The notes: generated by a model from the sequence alone, not told the origin. A stretch of 64,000 nucleotides of DNA from Clostridia bacterium (GCA_017936745.1 JAGBEY010000002.1:57949-121948), one strand, 5' to 3'; numbered from the stretch's first letter, positions 28,851 through 39,945 are shown. Numbers and translations are program-made.

Positions 28851-30995
28851 TTATTCCTTTGTTGATTTTTTCTTGGTTGTTTTCTTTGCTGTTGATTTTT
28901 TTGCGGCAGCTTTTGCTTTTGGCTTTGGTGCGCTCAGCTCACAGGCTTCATTGGAGCAATATTCTTTTCCGCCCCGCTGATATTTTTTCACCACCATATA
29001 GCTGCCGCATTTTTCACAATGTTTTCCGGTTGGCTTATCCCAGGAGGCAAAATCACACTCGGGATATTTTTCACAGCCGTAAAAGATTTTTCCGGTGCGG
29101 GATTTTCGCTCTAATATTTTATTTCCGCATTTGGGACAAGGGATATCTTCAATTTCTTTTACCAGCGGCTTGGTGGTTTTACATTCGGGATAATTGGGAC
29201 AAGCTAAAAACTTGCCGAATTTTCCACTCTTGATAATCATATTGGCACCGCATTTTTCACAAATCACATCGGTAACCTCAGGAGTTTTTTCCACAGTTTC
29301 ATCTGCTTTGGAAAGCTCCTCCTGAAATCCCTTGTAAAACTCACCCAAAACCTCTTTCCAGGCTTTGCCCGACTCAATGCTGTCCAAATCTTCTTCCATA
29401 TTAGCGGTAAAGGTTTCGTCTACAATATTTTGGAAGCTTTTTTTCATTACATCGGTTACCAATGCGCCAAGCTGAGTGGGTTTTAAAACCTTGCCGTCTT
29501 TTTCGATATACTCACGGCTCAAAATGGTGAAAATGGTGGGTGCGTAGGTAGACGGGCGGCCGATGCCCTTTTCTTCCAGTGCTTTAATTAAGCTTGCTTC
29601 CGTATAACGGCTGGGAGGTGTGGTGAAATTCTGCTTATCGTTCACCTCGGAAAGAGTCAGAGGGTCTCCGTCGGATACCGGAGGAATTTTCACCTTATCG
29701 TCCTCTTCTTCATCGGGAGACAAATAAAATTTCATACAACCGTCAAATTTCATATTCTGTGCAGAAGTACGGAAATTATACACTGCAGTTTCTCCTGCCG
29801 CCTCCACTTCTACCGTAAGCACATCAAACAGTGCCGGCTTCAACTGGGAGGACAAAAACCGGTTCCAGATCAGCTTATAGAGCTTATACTGGTCGTTGGT
29901 TAACGACGACTTAATCTTATCTGGCTCCAAATCAATATAGGTGGGACGGATTGCTTCGTGTGCATCCTGGGTGGCTGCCCCTTTTTTCTTATACACATTG
30001 GGTTTATCGGGATAATACTCCTTGCCGATGTTTTGAAGCGTGTAATCTTTTGCAGCCTGCACCGCCTCCTGAGAAACCCGCAAGCTGTCAGTTCTCATAT
30101 AGGTAATCAGCCCCAACAGCCCTTTGCCCTCAATTTCTACCCCCTCGTATAATGCCTGTGCCACAGACATGGTTTTCCGGGAGGTGAAATTCAGCTTTCT
30201 GGAAGCATCCTGCTGGAGGGTACTGGTGCTGTAAGGCGGATAAGCATACCGCTTCTTCACGGATTTCTTCACACTTTTTACCGAAATATCAGAATTTTTC
30301 AACTCGCTGAGGATGTTTCCTGCCGTTTCTCCGTCGTGAATTTCCAGCTTCTTTCCGTTTTTTCCATACAGTCTGGAAACAAACTTCTTTTTCTCTTCAG
30401 TCATAAATTCTGCATCAATGGTCCAGTATTCTTCGGGGTTGAATGCATTGATTTCGTCTTCTCTGTCGCAAATCATTTTTACAGTCACCGACTGCACTCT
30501 GCCGGCAGATAATCCCTTACGGATTTTTTTCCAGAGAAAAGGACTCAGCTTGTAGCCCACAATCCGGTCTAAAATACGACGCGCCTGCTGAGCATCCACC
30601 AAATCCAAATCAATGGCACGAGGTGCTTTCATTGCCTGAGTAACCGCGTTTTTGGTAATTTCGTTAAAAGTAACACGGCAAGGCTCCGTTTCGTCTATTT
30701 TTAAAATATTGGCGATATGCCAGCTGATGGCTTCTCCCTCGCGGTCAGGGTCAGTTGCAAGATAAATACGGTCTGCCGTTTTGGAAAGCTGGGTCAGCTT
30801 TTTCACCAGCTCTTTCCGCTCCGGCATAATCTGATATTTGGGTTCAAAATTATTTTCAATGTCAACTCCCATGGTCTTTTTGGGCAAATCTCTTAAATGC
30901 CCCATGGAAGCAATCACCTCATATCCCGCACCAAGATATTTTTCAATGGTCTTGGCCTTTGCAGGGGATTCCACAATGATTAAGTTCTGTGCCAT
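28851..30995 (-). CDS. topA: DNA topoisomerase I
   Basis: 714 aa with a TOPRIM N-terminus (LIIVESPAKAKTI), the active-site region YMRTDS, and C-terminal Zn-ribbon repeats. Confidence 0.95.
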   Translation of the reverse strand: MAQNLIIVESPAKAKTIEKYLGAGYEVIASMGHLRDLPKKTMGVDIENNFEPKYQIMPERKELVKKLTQLSKTADRIYLATDPDREGEAISWHIANILKIDETEPCRVTFNEITKNAVTQAMKAPRAIDLDLVDAQQARRILDRIVGYKLSPFLWKKIRKGLSAGRVQSVTVKMICDREDEINAFNPEEYWTIDAEFMTEEKKKFVSRLYGKNGKKLEIHDGETAGNILSELKNSDISVKSVKKSVKKRYAYPPYSTSTLQQDASRKLNFTSRKTMSVAQALYEGVEIEGKGLLGLITYMRTDSLRVSQEAVQAAKDYTLQNIGKEYYPDKPNVYKKKGAATQDAHEAIRPTYIDLEPDKIKSSLTNDQYKLYKLIWNRFLSSQLKPALFDVLTVEVEAAGETAVYNFRTSAQNMKFDGCMKFYLSPDEEEDDKVKIPPVSDGDPLTLSEVNDKQNFTTPPSRYTEASLIKALEEKGIGRPSTYAPTIFTILSREYIEKDGKVLKPTQLGALVTDVMKKSFQNIVDETFTANMEEDLDSIESGKAWKEVLGEFYKGFQEELSKADETVEKTPEVTDVICEKCGANMIIKSGKFGKFLACPNYPECKTTKPLVKEIEDIPCPKCGNKILERKSRTGKIFYGCEKYPECDFASWDKPTGKHCEKCGSYMVVKKYQRGGKEYCSNEACELSAPKPKAKAAAKKSTAKKTTKKKSTKE

Positions 30996-31036
30996 AATTG
31001 TTCTCCTTTATCTAAACGGTTGTTCAGCATAATGTA

Positions 31037-32173
31037 CTACAGTTTCAATGCATAGGCGTTGCCCGGTACACAATATATAATATCCTTCATCATAAGCAGG
31101 GTTAAAAGCCCGTTCACCTTTCCTACGGGTAAGCCGGAACGTCGCACCAAATCGTCAACATAGCGCGGCTTTTCCGTGATTTGCTCTAAAAGGATTTTTT
31201 CTTCATCGGAAAGCTCTTTTAGCGCCTTGAGATATTGCTCATGGCTAACCTTATGCTCTTTTGCTTCCTGATATAAGTATTCAGGAAAATGCTCAATGTA
31301 GCGCTCCACAATATCATTGGGACAAACGGCAACCAAAGCAAATTCCTTAAGTAACTGGTTGGTTCCGCGGCTGTTTTCCGCATATATATTATTGGGAATG
31401 ACAAATACATCCTTCCCCTGATTGTTGGCGTGGTCAGCAGTGATTAAAGAACCGCTGTCCAGATTCCCCTCTACCACCAGCGTTCCCATAGAAATGGCGC
31501 TGATAATCCGGTTTCTTTGCGGAAAGCTGTATCGGGTGGCTTTTGTTCCGGGAGGATATTCACTCAAAACGGCTCCGTAGCTGCAGATATAGTCATAAAG
31601 CTCACGATTTTTCGCCGGATATACCACATCCACTCCCGTACCCAACACGGCAACAGTTGGCTGCCCGGATTTCAAAGCACCAAGATGTGCCTGGGAATCG
31701 CAGCCATCTGCCATTCCGCTGACGATAATCATACCGCTTTTAGAAAGGTCCTTGGCAAAGTCGTACGATGTCCGTCTGCCGTATTCTGTTAAACTTCTTG
31801 TTCCCACAATGGCAAAGGTCGGAGCCGTGTCATAATCGTAATGATGCCCTTTTTCATATAACACCGTAGGCGGAGCATAAATGACCGACAAGCAATCAGG
31901 ATACCCTTCCTCCCCATAGCAATATACAGAAACGTTCAGATGCTCGCAATCATGTATCACACCGTTGGCATAATCCAGATTTTTATTTCGAAGTGCCGCC
32001 TTCTGCTGTTGGGTTAAATAAGAAATTTGCTCAACCTGAGCAGTTTTTAAATCAAAAACGCCCCGTGCAGAGCCGTACGTATTGATCAGTTGCTTGCTTT
32101 TTTGATTCCCGTAGCCCATAATCTGTGTTAGCCAGATGGCGTACACGGCATCCTTTGCAATTGTCATCGCCAT
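31037..32173 (-). CDS. dprA: DNA-processing protein DprA
   Basis: 378 aa: ...AIVGTRSLTEYG..., GMADGCDSQAH, Rossmann-like DprA core. Confidence 0.9.
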   Translation of the reverse strand: MAMTIAKDAVYAIWLTQIMGYGNQKSKQLINTYGSARGVFDLKTAQVEQISYLTQQQKAALRNKNLDYANGVIHDCEHLNVSVYCYGEEGYPDCLSVIYAPPTVLYEKGHHYDYDTAPTFAIVGTRSLTEYGRRTSYDFAKDLSKSGMIIVSGMADGCDSQAHLGALKSGQPTVAVLGTGVDVVYPAKNRELYDYICSYGAVLSEYPPGTKATRYSFPQRNRIISAISMGTLVVEGNLDSGSLITADHANNQGKDVFVIPNNIYAENSRGTNQLLKEFALVAVCPNDIVERYIEHFPEYLYQEAKEHKVSHEQYLKALKELSDEEKILLEQITEKPRYVDDLVRRSGLPVGKVNGLLTLLMMKDIIYCVPGNAYALKL

Positions 32174-32181
32174 TGTTCTCC

Positions 32182-33138
32182 TTACCCTTTGATTTCTTTA
32201 TCAACTACTTCGTTGGTTTCCTGATTGTTCACTTCCCCGGATGCTTTTTCCAAAGCATTCGGATATTCTTCTTTTGATTCATTTTCTTCCGCTGTTTTAT
32301 CCTTGGTTGATTCACAAACCGGCTTTTTATGCAAATAAATCAGCATACCGACACCGGCTGCAACTGTGAGCAATGCCACAATCTGAGAAATACGAAACGA
32401 GAAGAAATACAAGCTGTCCGTTCTGAGTCCCTCAATAAAAAATCTTCCAATGCCGTACCACACAAGATACAAAAAGAAAATCTGCCCGTGGTGCTTTTTC
32501 TTTTTATAAAATAACCCCAGCACCACTGCCCCAACAAGATTCCAAGCCGATTCGTACAAAAAGGTGGGATGCACCCCCATATTGGGGTCAACTGCCATTC
32601 CTGCCCGTTGCATATCCATCAACTCGGAGCGTATCAGATTCCCTGTCATAGCAAAAAGAGAATCGGTATTCGTGCCGAATGCCTCCTGATTGACGAAATT
32701 ACCCCAGCGCCCCACAGCCTGCCCCACTATCAAGCCGAATGCACCCATATCGAAGAGTTGAAGCACGGGAAGCTTTTTTGCCTTGGCATATATGTAGGTG
32801 GAAATCACCGCGGCAATCACTGCACCGTAAATGGCGATTCCCCCCTGCCAGATTTTAAAGATGTCCCAGGGGCGGTCTGCATATTCTGAAAAATTAAACA
32901 ACACATAGTATATTCTCGCACCCACAATGGCACTGGGCAGCCCCCAGAGCAACACATCGTAGAGGGTATCTGTTTCCAGCTTTTCTTTTTTTGCAAAATA
33001 AGTGGCATAAAGAAAGCCGAGAACCACACCGAAAAGGATAATCAAAGCATACCAGTGAACTTTCAGACCGCCAAGCTGAAACGCAAGGCGACTCATCTGA
33101 AAATGAAGTCCCAGATTTTCAAATGCAACCGTATTCAA
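32182..33138 (-). CDS. lgt: prolipoprotein diacylglyceryl transferase
   Basis: HWYALIILFGVVLGF..., GRWGNFVNQEAFG, and GLRTDSLY motifs, plus an acidic tail. Confidence 0.9.
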   Translation of the reverse strand: MNTVAFENLGLHFQMSRLAFQLGGLKVHWYALIILFGVVLGFLYATYFAKKEKLETDTLYDVLLWGLPSAIVGARIYYVLFNFSEYADRPWDIFKIWQGGIAIYGAVIAAVISTYIYAKAKKLPVLQLFDMGAFGLIVGQAVGRWGNFVNQEAFGTNTDSLFAMTGNLIRSELMDMQRAGMAVDPNMGVHPTFLYESAWNLVGAVVLGLFYKKKKHHGQIFFLYLVWYGIGRFFIEGLRTDSLYFFSFRISQIVALLTVAAGVGMLIYLHKKPVCESTKDKTAEENESKEEYPNALEKASGEVNNQETNEVVDKEIKG

Positions 33139-33162
33139 AGCAGGTTCCTCCTCTGTGATTTT

Positions 33163-34446
33163 CTATTTGGAAAGCGGCTTCATTTCCGAAACGGCATAAT
33201 GCTCGTTAAACACTTCATGCAACCGTTTCATCAGGCTTTCTTCGTTAATTTCGGGATAAACATTAACAAAATCAAATGCACCGATACCGTAAAAATAATT
33301 GGACGCAAATCCGTTGGAAACTGCTTCCAGCGAATCAAAAGCCCGAATCTGACGGCCCAGCGATGCTTTTTTATACCGCTCCACTTCCTCTTTGGTAAAG
33401 CCGGTATTTTTTGCTTTCTCAATGCCGGAAAGCATGGCTTCCACTGTACGGTCAATCTCTTTTGCTTCACTGTTTAAGAATGTGGCAAAATAGGAATCGG
33501 AGCTGATGCAATCAAACCCAAAGGTATCATTAATCAACCCTTTTTTATACAGCTCATTATAAAGGGATGCAGAGGGAGAAAACAGCATCTTTAAAAGCAG
33601 CCCTGTTTCCATATTCTTTTTGAGCAGCTCTCTGCCCGTGAGACCGGGATGATTTTCTTTAAAGCCTAAAATAAAGCTGGGCTGAGACACGCTCATTTCT
33701 TTTACAATCCGTTTTTGTTTTACTTCGTCTGGCTCCCGGTAGAGTTTACGTTCCACCAAAAAGCCATGTTCTCTTTTTTTCACATTTTTATCTACCAGAC
33801 GGGCAACCTCATCGGGGTCTACATCTCCTGCCACAAACAGCACCATATTTTCAGGGTGATAGAAGGTGTCATAAATCTGATATAAAAAGTCCTTCGTGAT
33901 GTGAGAAATCGACTCCACCGTGCCGGCAATATCATTCCGCACGGGATTTTCAAAATAAAGCGCCTCCAGTGCATTGTTAAACAGTCTCCACTCCGGGTCA
34001 TCATCATACATTTTGATTTCCTGAGCGATAATCCCCTGCTCCTTTGCCACGTTTTCCACAGTAAAGTAAGGGTCATTCACATAGGAAAGCAAGATGTCCA
34101 GATTTTCGCTGAAATAGTCGCTGCAGGAGAACAGATATCCCGTCATATCGTGAGAGGTGAATGCATTGGCGTTGCCTCCCGTTTTGGAAAACAAGTCAAA
34201 GGCATTTCCGCCGCCGGGCAGCTCAAAAAGCTTATGCTCCAGGAAATGAGCGATGCCCATAGGGTCATTCACTTCTCTTCCTTTTACCAGATACGAGGTA
34301 TCAACGGAGCCGTATTTTACCGAATAAATGGCATATTTTTTGGAAAATCCTTTTTTGGTAAGCACAAACACGTCCAACCCGCTTTCGTGCTTACCGCTAT
34401 AAAGAGTTTCTCCTAATTTTTCTTCATAGAGTTTTGAGAAATTCAC
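33163..34446 (-). CDS. M16-family (pitrilysin/insulinase) peptidase, active-type subunit
   Basis: 427 aa with the inverted zinc motif HFLEH (GIAHFLEHKLFE). Confidence 0.85.
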   Translation of the reverse strand: MNFSKLYEEKLGETLYSGKHESGLDVFVLTKKGFSKKYAIYSVKYGSVDTSYLVKGREVNDPMGIAHFLEHKLFELPGGGNAFDLFSKTGGNANAFTSHDMTGYLFSCSDYFSENLDILLSYVNDPYFTVENVAKEQGIIAQEIKMYDDDPEWRLFNNALEALYFENPVRNDIAGTVESISHITKDFLYQIYDTFYHPENMVLFVAGDVDPDEVARLVDKNVKKREHGFLVERKLYREPDEVKQKRIVKEMSVSQPSFILGFKENHPGLTGRELLKKNMETGLLLKMLFSPSASLYNELYKKGLINDTFGFDCISSDSYFATFLNSEAKEIDRTVEAMLSGIEKAKNTGFTKEEVERYKKASLGRQIRAFDSLEAVSNGFASNYFYGIGAFDFVNVYPEINEESLMKRLHEVFNEHYAVSEMKPLSK

Positions 34447-34461
34447 AAAGATGCTCCTTTC

Positions 34462-35697
34462 TTACGACAGATAATACTCGGTTTGCAAGGTGATGTTATT
34501 TGCAACCCGAACAATATCTTCCTTGGTTAAGCCCTCGATTTTCTCGATATATTCTTCCGGAGAAAGAGGTCTGCCGGCTAAAATTCCGCTGATATAAAAA
34601 TCGGTCAGGGTGTGCTGGTTATCTCCGGTCTGCTTTAAAATACCGATAATGAATTTTTTAGAAAAGTCAATTTCTTCTTCGGTAATTTCTCCTTTTTTAC
34701 AAAGCTCCAGCTGTTCTAAAATGGCTTCATAGGCTTTTTGAAAGTTTTCCTTATCTGTTCCGATTCCCACAAACATAGTGCCTTTCATTCGGTTCAAGCG
34801 GGAATACACATAATAGCAAAGAGACATTTTTTCCCGCACATTCATAAATAATTTGGAATGTGGACCGGAGCCAAACACACTGTTTAACAGGTTCAAAGCA
34901 TAATAATCCTCGTGAGACGGTTCAATGCCTGTTTCAAATCCCAGTGCAAATTTGCCCTGCACCAGATTCTGATTTTCTTCCACCTTATGGGGATTGGAAA
35001 GATGCTTCGCGTAAATGGTGTTTTGGGGTAACGGCTTTCTTGTTTTCTCAAATAAATCGGAAAAAATATCCATAAATTTATTTTCTTCCACATCACCGGA
35101 AATAAACACGGTCAGAGGTGCGGTATTTATAATATCCAGATAGCTTTCGTATAAATCAACGGCAGAAATTTCTTCCAAATCCTTCACACTGCCGTATTCA
35201 TACAGGGCATACTGTTCTCCCTGAAACATTTCCTCGGTGAGACGAATGTTGGTATATTCCCGCTTATCGTTGATAATACCGTTAATATAGTCGGTAAGAT
35301 TTTCTTTTTCCCGTTTGACAAAGGCTTCCGAAAATCCGCCGTTCTCAGTCAGAGGATTCATCAGAACCTCTTTCATAAACAAGAGACAATTTTCCATCTG
35401 CTGTTCATCAGAAAACCGGGGGTCTAAAAATTCAAACACAAAGCTTACTGCATGCAAATCTCCCCGTTTTGCCACACGGCAATCAAACATACCGCCGTAT
35501 AGCTCCTGAAGTCTTTGATTGATGGAAAGCATATCGGGATACGCCTTACTTCCCAGTTTTAGAAGAAAGGGAAACAACGCGTTTTTGGTTACACTTTCCT
35601 TGGTAAGCTCAGTAAAAAAATGAAAGCTTACCGAAAAGGTTTTAAACTGATCTGCCGGCAAAATATAAAGGTCGGCATTTTGAGAAATTTTTTTCAT
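34462..35697 (-). CDS. M16-family peptidase-like protein, no HxxEH motif seen
   Basis: 411 aa with insulinase-fold-like sequence. Paired with the downstream M16 gene, as in ymfF/ymfH-type pairs. Confidence 0.75.
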   Translation of the reverse strand: MKKISQNADLYILPADQFKTFSVSFHFFTELTKESVTKNALFPFLLKLGSKAYPDMLSINQRLQELYGGMFDCRVAKRGDLHAVSFVFEFLDPRFSDEQQMENCLLFMKEVLMNPLTENGGFSEAFVKREKENLTDYINGIINDKREYTNIRLTEEMFQGEQYALYEYGSVKDLEEISAVDLYESYLDIINTAPLTVFISGDVEENKFMDIFSDLFEKTRKPLPQNTIYAKHLSNPHKVEENQNLVQGKFALGFETGIEPSHEDYYALNLLNSVFGSGPHSKLFMNVREKMSLCYYVYSRLNRMKGTMFVGIGTDKENFQKAYEAILEQLELCKKGEITEEEIDFSKKFIIGILKQTGDNQHTLTDFYISGILAGRPLSPEEYIEKIEGLTKEDIVRVANNITLQTEYYLS

Positions 35698-35717
35698 TTT
35701 GATACAATCGGTTAAAT

Positions 35718-36806
35718 TTACCGATATTCCTCCTCGATACTAAGATAGGGAATCGCATTCAGCGAAGTATCCCGGAACAGTTCTTTTTCGTATTTAAAAT
35801 AAGCAAGGCTGCCAATCATTGCGGCATTGTCTCCGCAAAGAGAAATGTGAGGGCAAACTGTTTTTAACCCCAACTTTTCTCCCCGGTCAAAAAATTCTTT
35901 CCGAAGAAAGGAATTGGCACTGACCCCTCCAGCCATACAAACCTGACGGATTCCTTTTTCCTTTGCCAGTTTGAAAAAGGGGTCTAAGAGCATTTTGGTT
36001 ACCGTTTTGGAAAAAGATGCCGCCACATCATTTTTCGTGATGCCGCCCTCCTGCACCTTAAGTCCCAGCCCGGAAAATCCCTCCTCAGTTAAAAATTCGT
36101 TATCCTGATATTCTGTAATGGGTTTTTCTATGATTTTCTTAATATAACAATTTACAGCAGTTTTTATACCGCTGAATGAAAAATCATCAGTATCGCCTAA
36201 TTTTGGTTTGGTAAAGGTGATTTTATCAGGATTGCCCTGCTGCCCCATTTTATCCACCTTCACACCACCGGGATAAGGAAGCCCCAACACTCTCGCCACC
36301 TTATCATAAGCTTCTCCAATGGCATCGTCACGGGTTTTTGCTAAAATTTCAAAGGTGAGATAATCTTTTACATGCACAATCTGTGTATGTCCACCCGAAA
36401 CCACCAGACATAAAAAAGGGGGTTGCAACGTGATATCCTCCAGATAATTTGCTGCAATATGCCCCTTAATATGATGCACGGAAATCAGCGGCAGCTTGCT
36501 TGCATAGCTCAACGCCTTTGCATAAGAAACCCCCGTCAGAAGCGCTCCTACAAGCCCGGGGCATGAAGTCACAGCGACGGCATCCAAATCGGAAAAGGTA
36601 TTTCCGGATTGCGAGAGTGCCTCATCTACCACCTTGTCAATTGCTTCGATATGTTTACGGGAGGCAATCTCCGGCACAACGCCGCCGAATTTTGCATGTA
36701 ACTCTGCCTGAGAATATATGATATTGGAAAGAACCTTTCTGCCGTTTTCCACCACAGCTGCGGCGGTTTCATCACAGGAGGTTTCAATTGCCAGTATTTT
36801 TGCCAT
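35718..36806 (-). CDS. tsaD: tRNA N6-adenosine threonylcarbamoyltransferase TsaD
   Basis: MAKILAIETSCDETAAAVV..., HHIKGH motif. Confidence 0.95.
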   Translation of the reverse strand: MAKILAIETSCDETAAAVVENGRKVLSNIIYSQAELHAKFGGVVPEIASRKHIEAIDKVVDEALSQSGNTFSDLDAVAVTSCPGLVGALLTGVSYAKALSYASKLPLISVHHIKGHIAANYLEDITLQPPFLCLVVSGGHTQIVHVKDYLTFEILAKTRDDAIGEAYDKVARVLGLPYPGGVKVDKMGQQGNPDKITFTKPKLGDTDDFSFSGIKTAVNCYIKKIIEKPITEYQDNEFLTEEGFSGLGLKVQEGGITKNDVAASFSKTVTKMLLDPFFKLAKEKGIRQVCMAGGVSANSFLRKEFFDRGEKLGLKTVCPHISLCGDNAAMIGSLAYFKYEKELFRDTSLNAIPYLSIEEEYR

Positions 36807-36823
36807 AAAAATCTTCCTCGTTT

Positions 36824-37258
36824 TTAAAAAGTCAATGTCATTAAAATTGCATCTTCTGTTCGTTCATAGTATTTTTTGCGGATACCAACTTCCGAAAATC
36901 CCATGGAACGGTACAAAGCAATCGCCCCGGAATTGGAGGCTCTTACCTCCAGTGTAAGAAAGGAAAGTCCGTTTTCCTTACCATAGGTGATAAGGTTCTG
37001 AAGCAATAGCTTTGCGTAACCGTTTCTCCGATACTCGGGCAAAACCGCAATATTATTGATATTGCCCTCACCTGAAATATTCCACATTCCTACATAGCCG
37101 ATTACCTTGCCGTTCTCCTCAATACAGAAATAAACGGCGTTTTCATTGGTTAAATCTGCCCAAAATGCTTCCTTACTCCAGGGAACGGAAAAACAGACTT
37201 CCTCTACCAGCGCTACCCCATCTACATTTTCGGGAGTGAGAGACGTAACGGTAATCAC
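36824..37258 (-). CDS. rimI: ribosomal-protein-alanine N-acetyltransferase (GNAT)
   Basis: 144 aa GNAT with RRNGYAKLLL, in the tsa gene context. Confidence 0.8.
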   Translation of the reverse strand: MITVTSLTPENVDGVALVEEVCFSVPWSKEAFWADLTNENAVYFCIEENGKVIGYVGMWNISGEGNINNIAVLPEYRRNGYAKLLLQNLITYGKENGLSFLTLEVRASNSGAIALYRSMGFSEVGIRKKYYERTEDAILMTLTF

Positions 37259-38262
37259 AGATACATCGCCTTCCCTCCACTGGATTTTTTGAGACGGTTC
37301 ATCACAGCTAAACCAACACCGGTTTCCTCCACGGCAGGAATATACACCCGTTCAAATTCCAGTAAATCCACCTGCTTCAGCCGTTTAAAAATCCGCCGTG
37401 CCATATCGTTTAAATCAGAAGCGCTGCCTAAGCTCAGTTTATTTTTGGAAAAGCTCTGAAATTCCTCACGAAATAACAATATGCATTCCTCGGATTGTAA
37501 ATGCTCTTCAAAATAAGCGGCAATTTTTTTCCGGTCTCCATACACCAGAATCACTTCTGCCTTGGGAGTATAATGAAGATATTTCATACCGGGAGAAGCC
37601 GGCTTCTCCACTGCGGCATCACTCAGTAAAGAAGGATGCAAGCTCGCATCGGGAAACACACTCTGAAGCATTTCCAGTGTGATGCTGCCCGGGCGCAAAA
37701 TCACGGGGGCAGCTTTTGTCACATCCACAACAGTGGACTCAATCCCAAATTCGCAATCTTCCCCCTCAATCATTCCCCCAACTCTGCCGGAAAGCTCCCG
37801 CTTGACATCCGCGTATGTGGTTGCGGAAACCGTGCCGGAAATATTGGCAGAGGGTGCTGCAATGGGTGTGTTCGCCAGGGAAATGAATTTTCTTGCAATT
37901 TCGTTTTTTGGAAATCTGACTCCCACAGTAGACAGCCCTGCAGTAACCGCATCGGGAACTCCCGGCTTTTTGTTTAAAATCAAAGTGATAGGGCCGGGCA
38001 TAAATACTTCTGCCAGTTTTTGTGCCATGGGGTTAAAATCCGAAGTCAGAGAATCAATCATATCCAAGGAAGAAATATGTGCAATCAGCGGATTGTCTGC
38101 CGGGCGGTTCTTTGCTTTGAAAATTTTCAGCACTGCATCAGGGTTAAACGCATCTGCACCCAAGCCGTAAACCGTTTCGGTGGGAAACACAACCGTTTCT
38201 CCCATTTGAATGAGCTTAGCGGCTGTTTCCATTTCAGCCGGGGAAATAAATATTGTTTCCAC
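37255..38262 (-). CDS. tsaC: L-threonylcarbamoyladenylate synthase (Sua5/YwlC type)
   Basis: VVFPTETVYGLGADA motif plus a Sua5 C-terminal domain. GTG start behind GGAGG. Confidence 0.9.
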   Translation of the reverse strand: METIFISPAEMETAAKLIQMGETVVFPTETVYGLGADAFNPDAVLKIFKAKNRPADNPLIAHISSLDMIDSLTSDFNPMAQKLAEVFMPGPITLILNKKPGVPDAVTAGLSTVGVRFPKNEIARKFISLANTPIAAPSANISGTVSATTYADVKRELSGRVGGMIEGEDCEFGIESTVVDVTKAAPVILRPGSITLEMLQSVFPDASLHPSLLSDAAVEKPASPGMKYLHYTPKAEVILVYGDRKKIAAYFEEHLQSEECILLFREEFQSFSKNKLSLGSASDLNDMARRIFKRLKQVDLLEFERVYIPAVEETGVGLAVMNRLKKSSGGKAMYL

Positions 38263-38485
38263 TGTGATTTCCTCCTTTTCTAAATCAAAATTTTCTTGCC
38301 ATATAATAGTATATAATCTCTCAATATACTATTGTACCACATTTTTAAAAAATGTCCAGTAAAAATTAACATATTTTCAGATTTTTTTCATATGATGAAC
38401 CAACAGGACAAGAAAACGACGCTTCAAATCATATAACGAAGCAGAAAGGAAGCTCTGCTGCACCGGCAAGAGCAACAAAAAAGAC

Positions 38486-39085
38486 TTGAAACGAACCAAA
38501 CAAACCAAAAATGAGCCGCAAAAACATCCCGCCGGATGCCTGCCAATTCTCCTTCTTTTGGCAGCAATTCTCATCATTTTTGCCTCCGGCCATAAAACCG
38601 TACGAAAAAATGCAGATTATTTTATGCGTGGAGAAGCTGATATCGGGCAGTTTCTAAAGGATGTAACGGCTTCCTACCAGAAAAATCTCACCTATCCCGA
38701 CTTTATTTATCCGTTAGATGGTACGATAACCTCTCCTTTCGGAGAGCGAATGAATCCCATCACAAACCAGCCGGAGGAACATACTGGAATTGATATTGAT
38801 GTAAACCAGGGAACCAATGTAAAAGCTGCCGCAGACGGAACAATTTTGAAAGTCGGCGTTGACGAACGGTTTGGTAATTACATCATTATTTCTCATAACG
38901 AGGTGTTCACCACCTGCTATGCCCATTTAGAGCAAGCAAGCCGTCAAGAGGGAGAAGCAGTGCTCCAAGGGGATATGATTGGAATTGCAGGGCAAACGGG
39001 AAATTCTACCGGTCCTCACCTGCATTTTGAAATCAGAAAAGAAGAAAAACGAATGAATCCCGTTCCCTTTTTGCCGAAAAAATGA
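38486..39085 (+). CDS. M23-family metallopeptidase with N-terminal TM anchor (sits in the SpoIVFA position)
   Basis: HTGIDI and GPHLHFEI motifs (catalytic M23 residues present). TTG start without a clear RBS, so the start is uncertain. Overlaps the following site-2 protease gene by 4 nt. Confidence 0.75.
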   Translation: MKRTKQTKNEPQKHPAGCLPILLLLAAILIIFASGHKTVRKNADYFMRGEADIGQFLKDVTASYQKNLTYPDFIYPLDGTITSPFGERMNPITNQPEEHTGIDIDVNQGTNVKAAADGTILKVGVDERFGNYIIISHNEVFTTCYAHLEQASRQEGEAVLQGDMIGIAGQTGNSTGPHLHFEIRKEEKRMNPVPFLPKK

Positions 39086-39906
39086 AACACCTGAAAATTC
39101 ATCCTCTGTTGCCTGTTGCAATATTTTTTTCCTATCTCAGCGGCAGCCTGTATCTGTTTTTCGCCACATACCTCTCTTTATTGTTTCACGAATGTGTGCA
39201 TCTTTTTTTCTTATGTAAGAACAAAATCCTCTTACGACGAATTGTGCTGGAGCCCTTTGGAGTTTGCATTGAAACCGAAAATCAGCCTCCCGACTCCCTG
39301 ACAGTTTACTTATCTGCTCCCATATCCAATCTGCTGATTGCAGGACTAATCTGGCTGATTTATCAATACCGACCGTTCCCGCACGCCTCTGACTGGTTCT
39401 TCTCCAATTTGTGTCTTGGATGCTGTAATCTCATTCCCTGCCTGCCCTTAGACGGCGGAAGAGCGCTGGAGCTGATACTGAAAAAAAAATATGGGGAAAG
39501 CGATGCAAAAAAGAAAATGGGGCTTGTGTCTCTCAGTTTGTCCTCTGCCATCATTGCATCAGGATTATGGCTTCTTTGGTATACCAAATATCAGATATCT
39601 CTTATTATCATCGGTATATTTTTACTGTATTGCAGTCTTTGCCGGAACAAGCTGACCTTGTATCACCATTTAAGCGAAACGGCAACCCGTCAGACAAACG
39701 GATTTTCAGACCAAAGCCGCAAGGTGTGCTATCTTAGTGCCCCGTGGGATTTGCCTGCACGAAAGCTGATTTCCGACTTTCGGGGAGATTCCTATTATGT
39801 AATCCATGTCATCAAAAACGGCGAAATTATAAAAACCGTCACAGAAACAAGAATTTTAAATAAACTCCTGCACTGCGACGGAACAATCAAATTATGCGAA
39901 TGTTAA
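39082..39906 (+). CDS. spoIVFB: site-2 intramembrane metalloprotease, SpoIVFB-like
   Basis: HECVH (HExxH) in TM helix 2 and NLIPCLPLDGG (NxxPxxxLDG), with a C-terminal soluble domain. Confidence 0.75.
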   Translation: MKHLKIHPLLPVAIFFSYLSGSLYLFFATYLSLLFHECVHLFFLCKNKILLRRIVLEPFGVCIETENQPPDSLTVYLSAPISNLLIAGLIWLIYQYRPFPHASDWFFSNLCLGCCNLIPCLPLDGGRALELILKKKYGESDAKKKMGLVSLSLSSAIIASGLWLLWYTKYQISLIIIGIFLLYCSLCRNKLTLYHHLSETATRQTNGFSDQSRKVCYLSAPWDLPARKLISDFRGDSYYVIHVIKNGEIIKTVTETRILNKLLHCDGTIKLCEC

Positions 39907-39945
39907 AAATCCGCAAACGGCAGAGAAAGCCGTCTGCGGATTTTG
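39905..39945. terminator. bidirectional terminator
   Basis: AATCCGCAAACGGC agagaaa GCCGTCTGCGGATT (one mismatch), flanked by A and T runs. Lies between convergent genes. Confidence 0.75.
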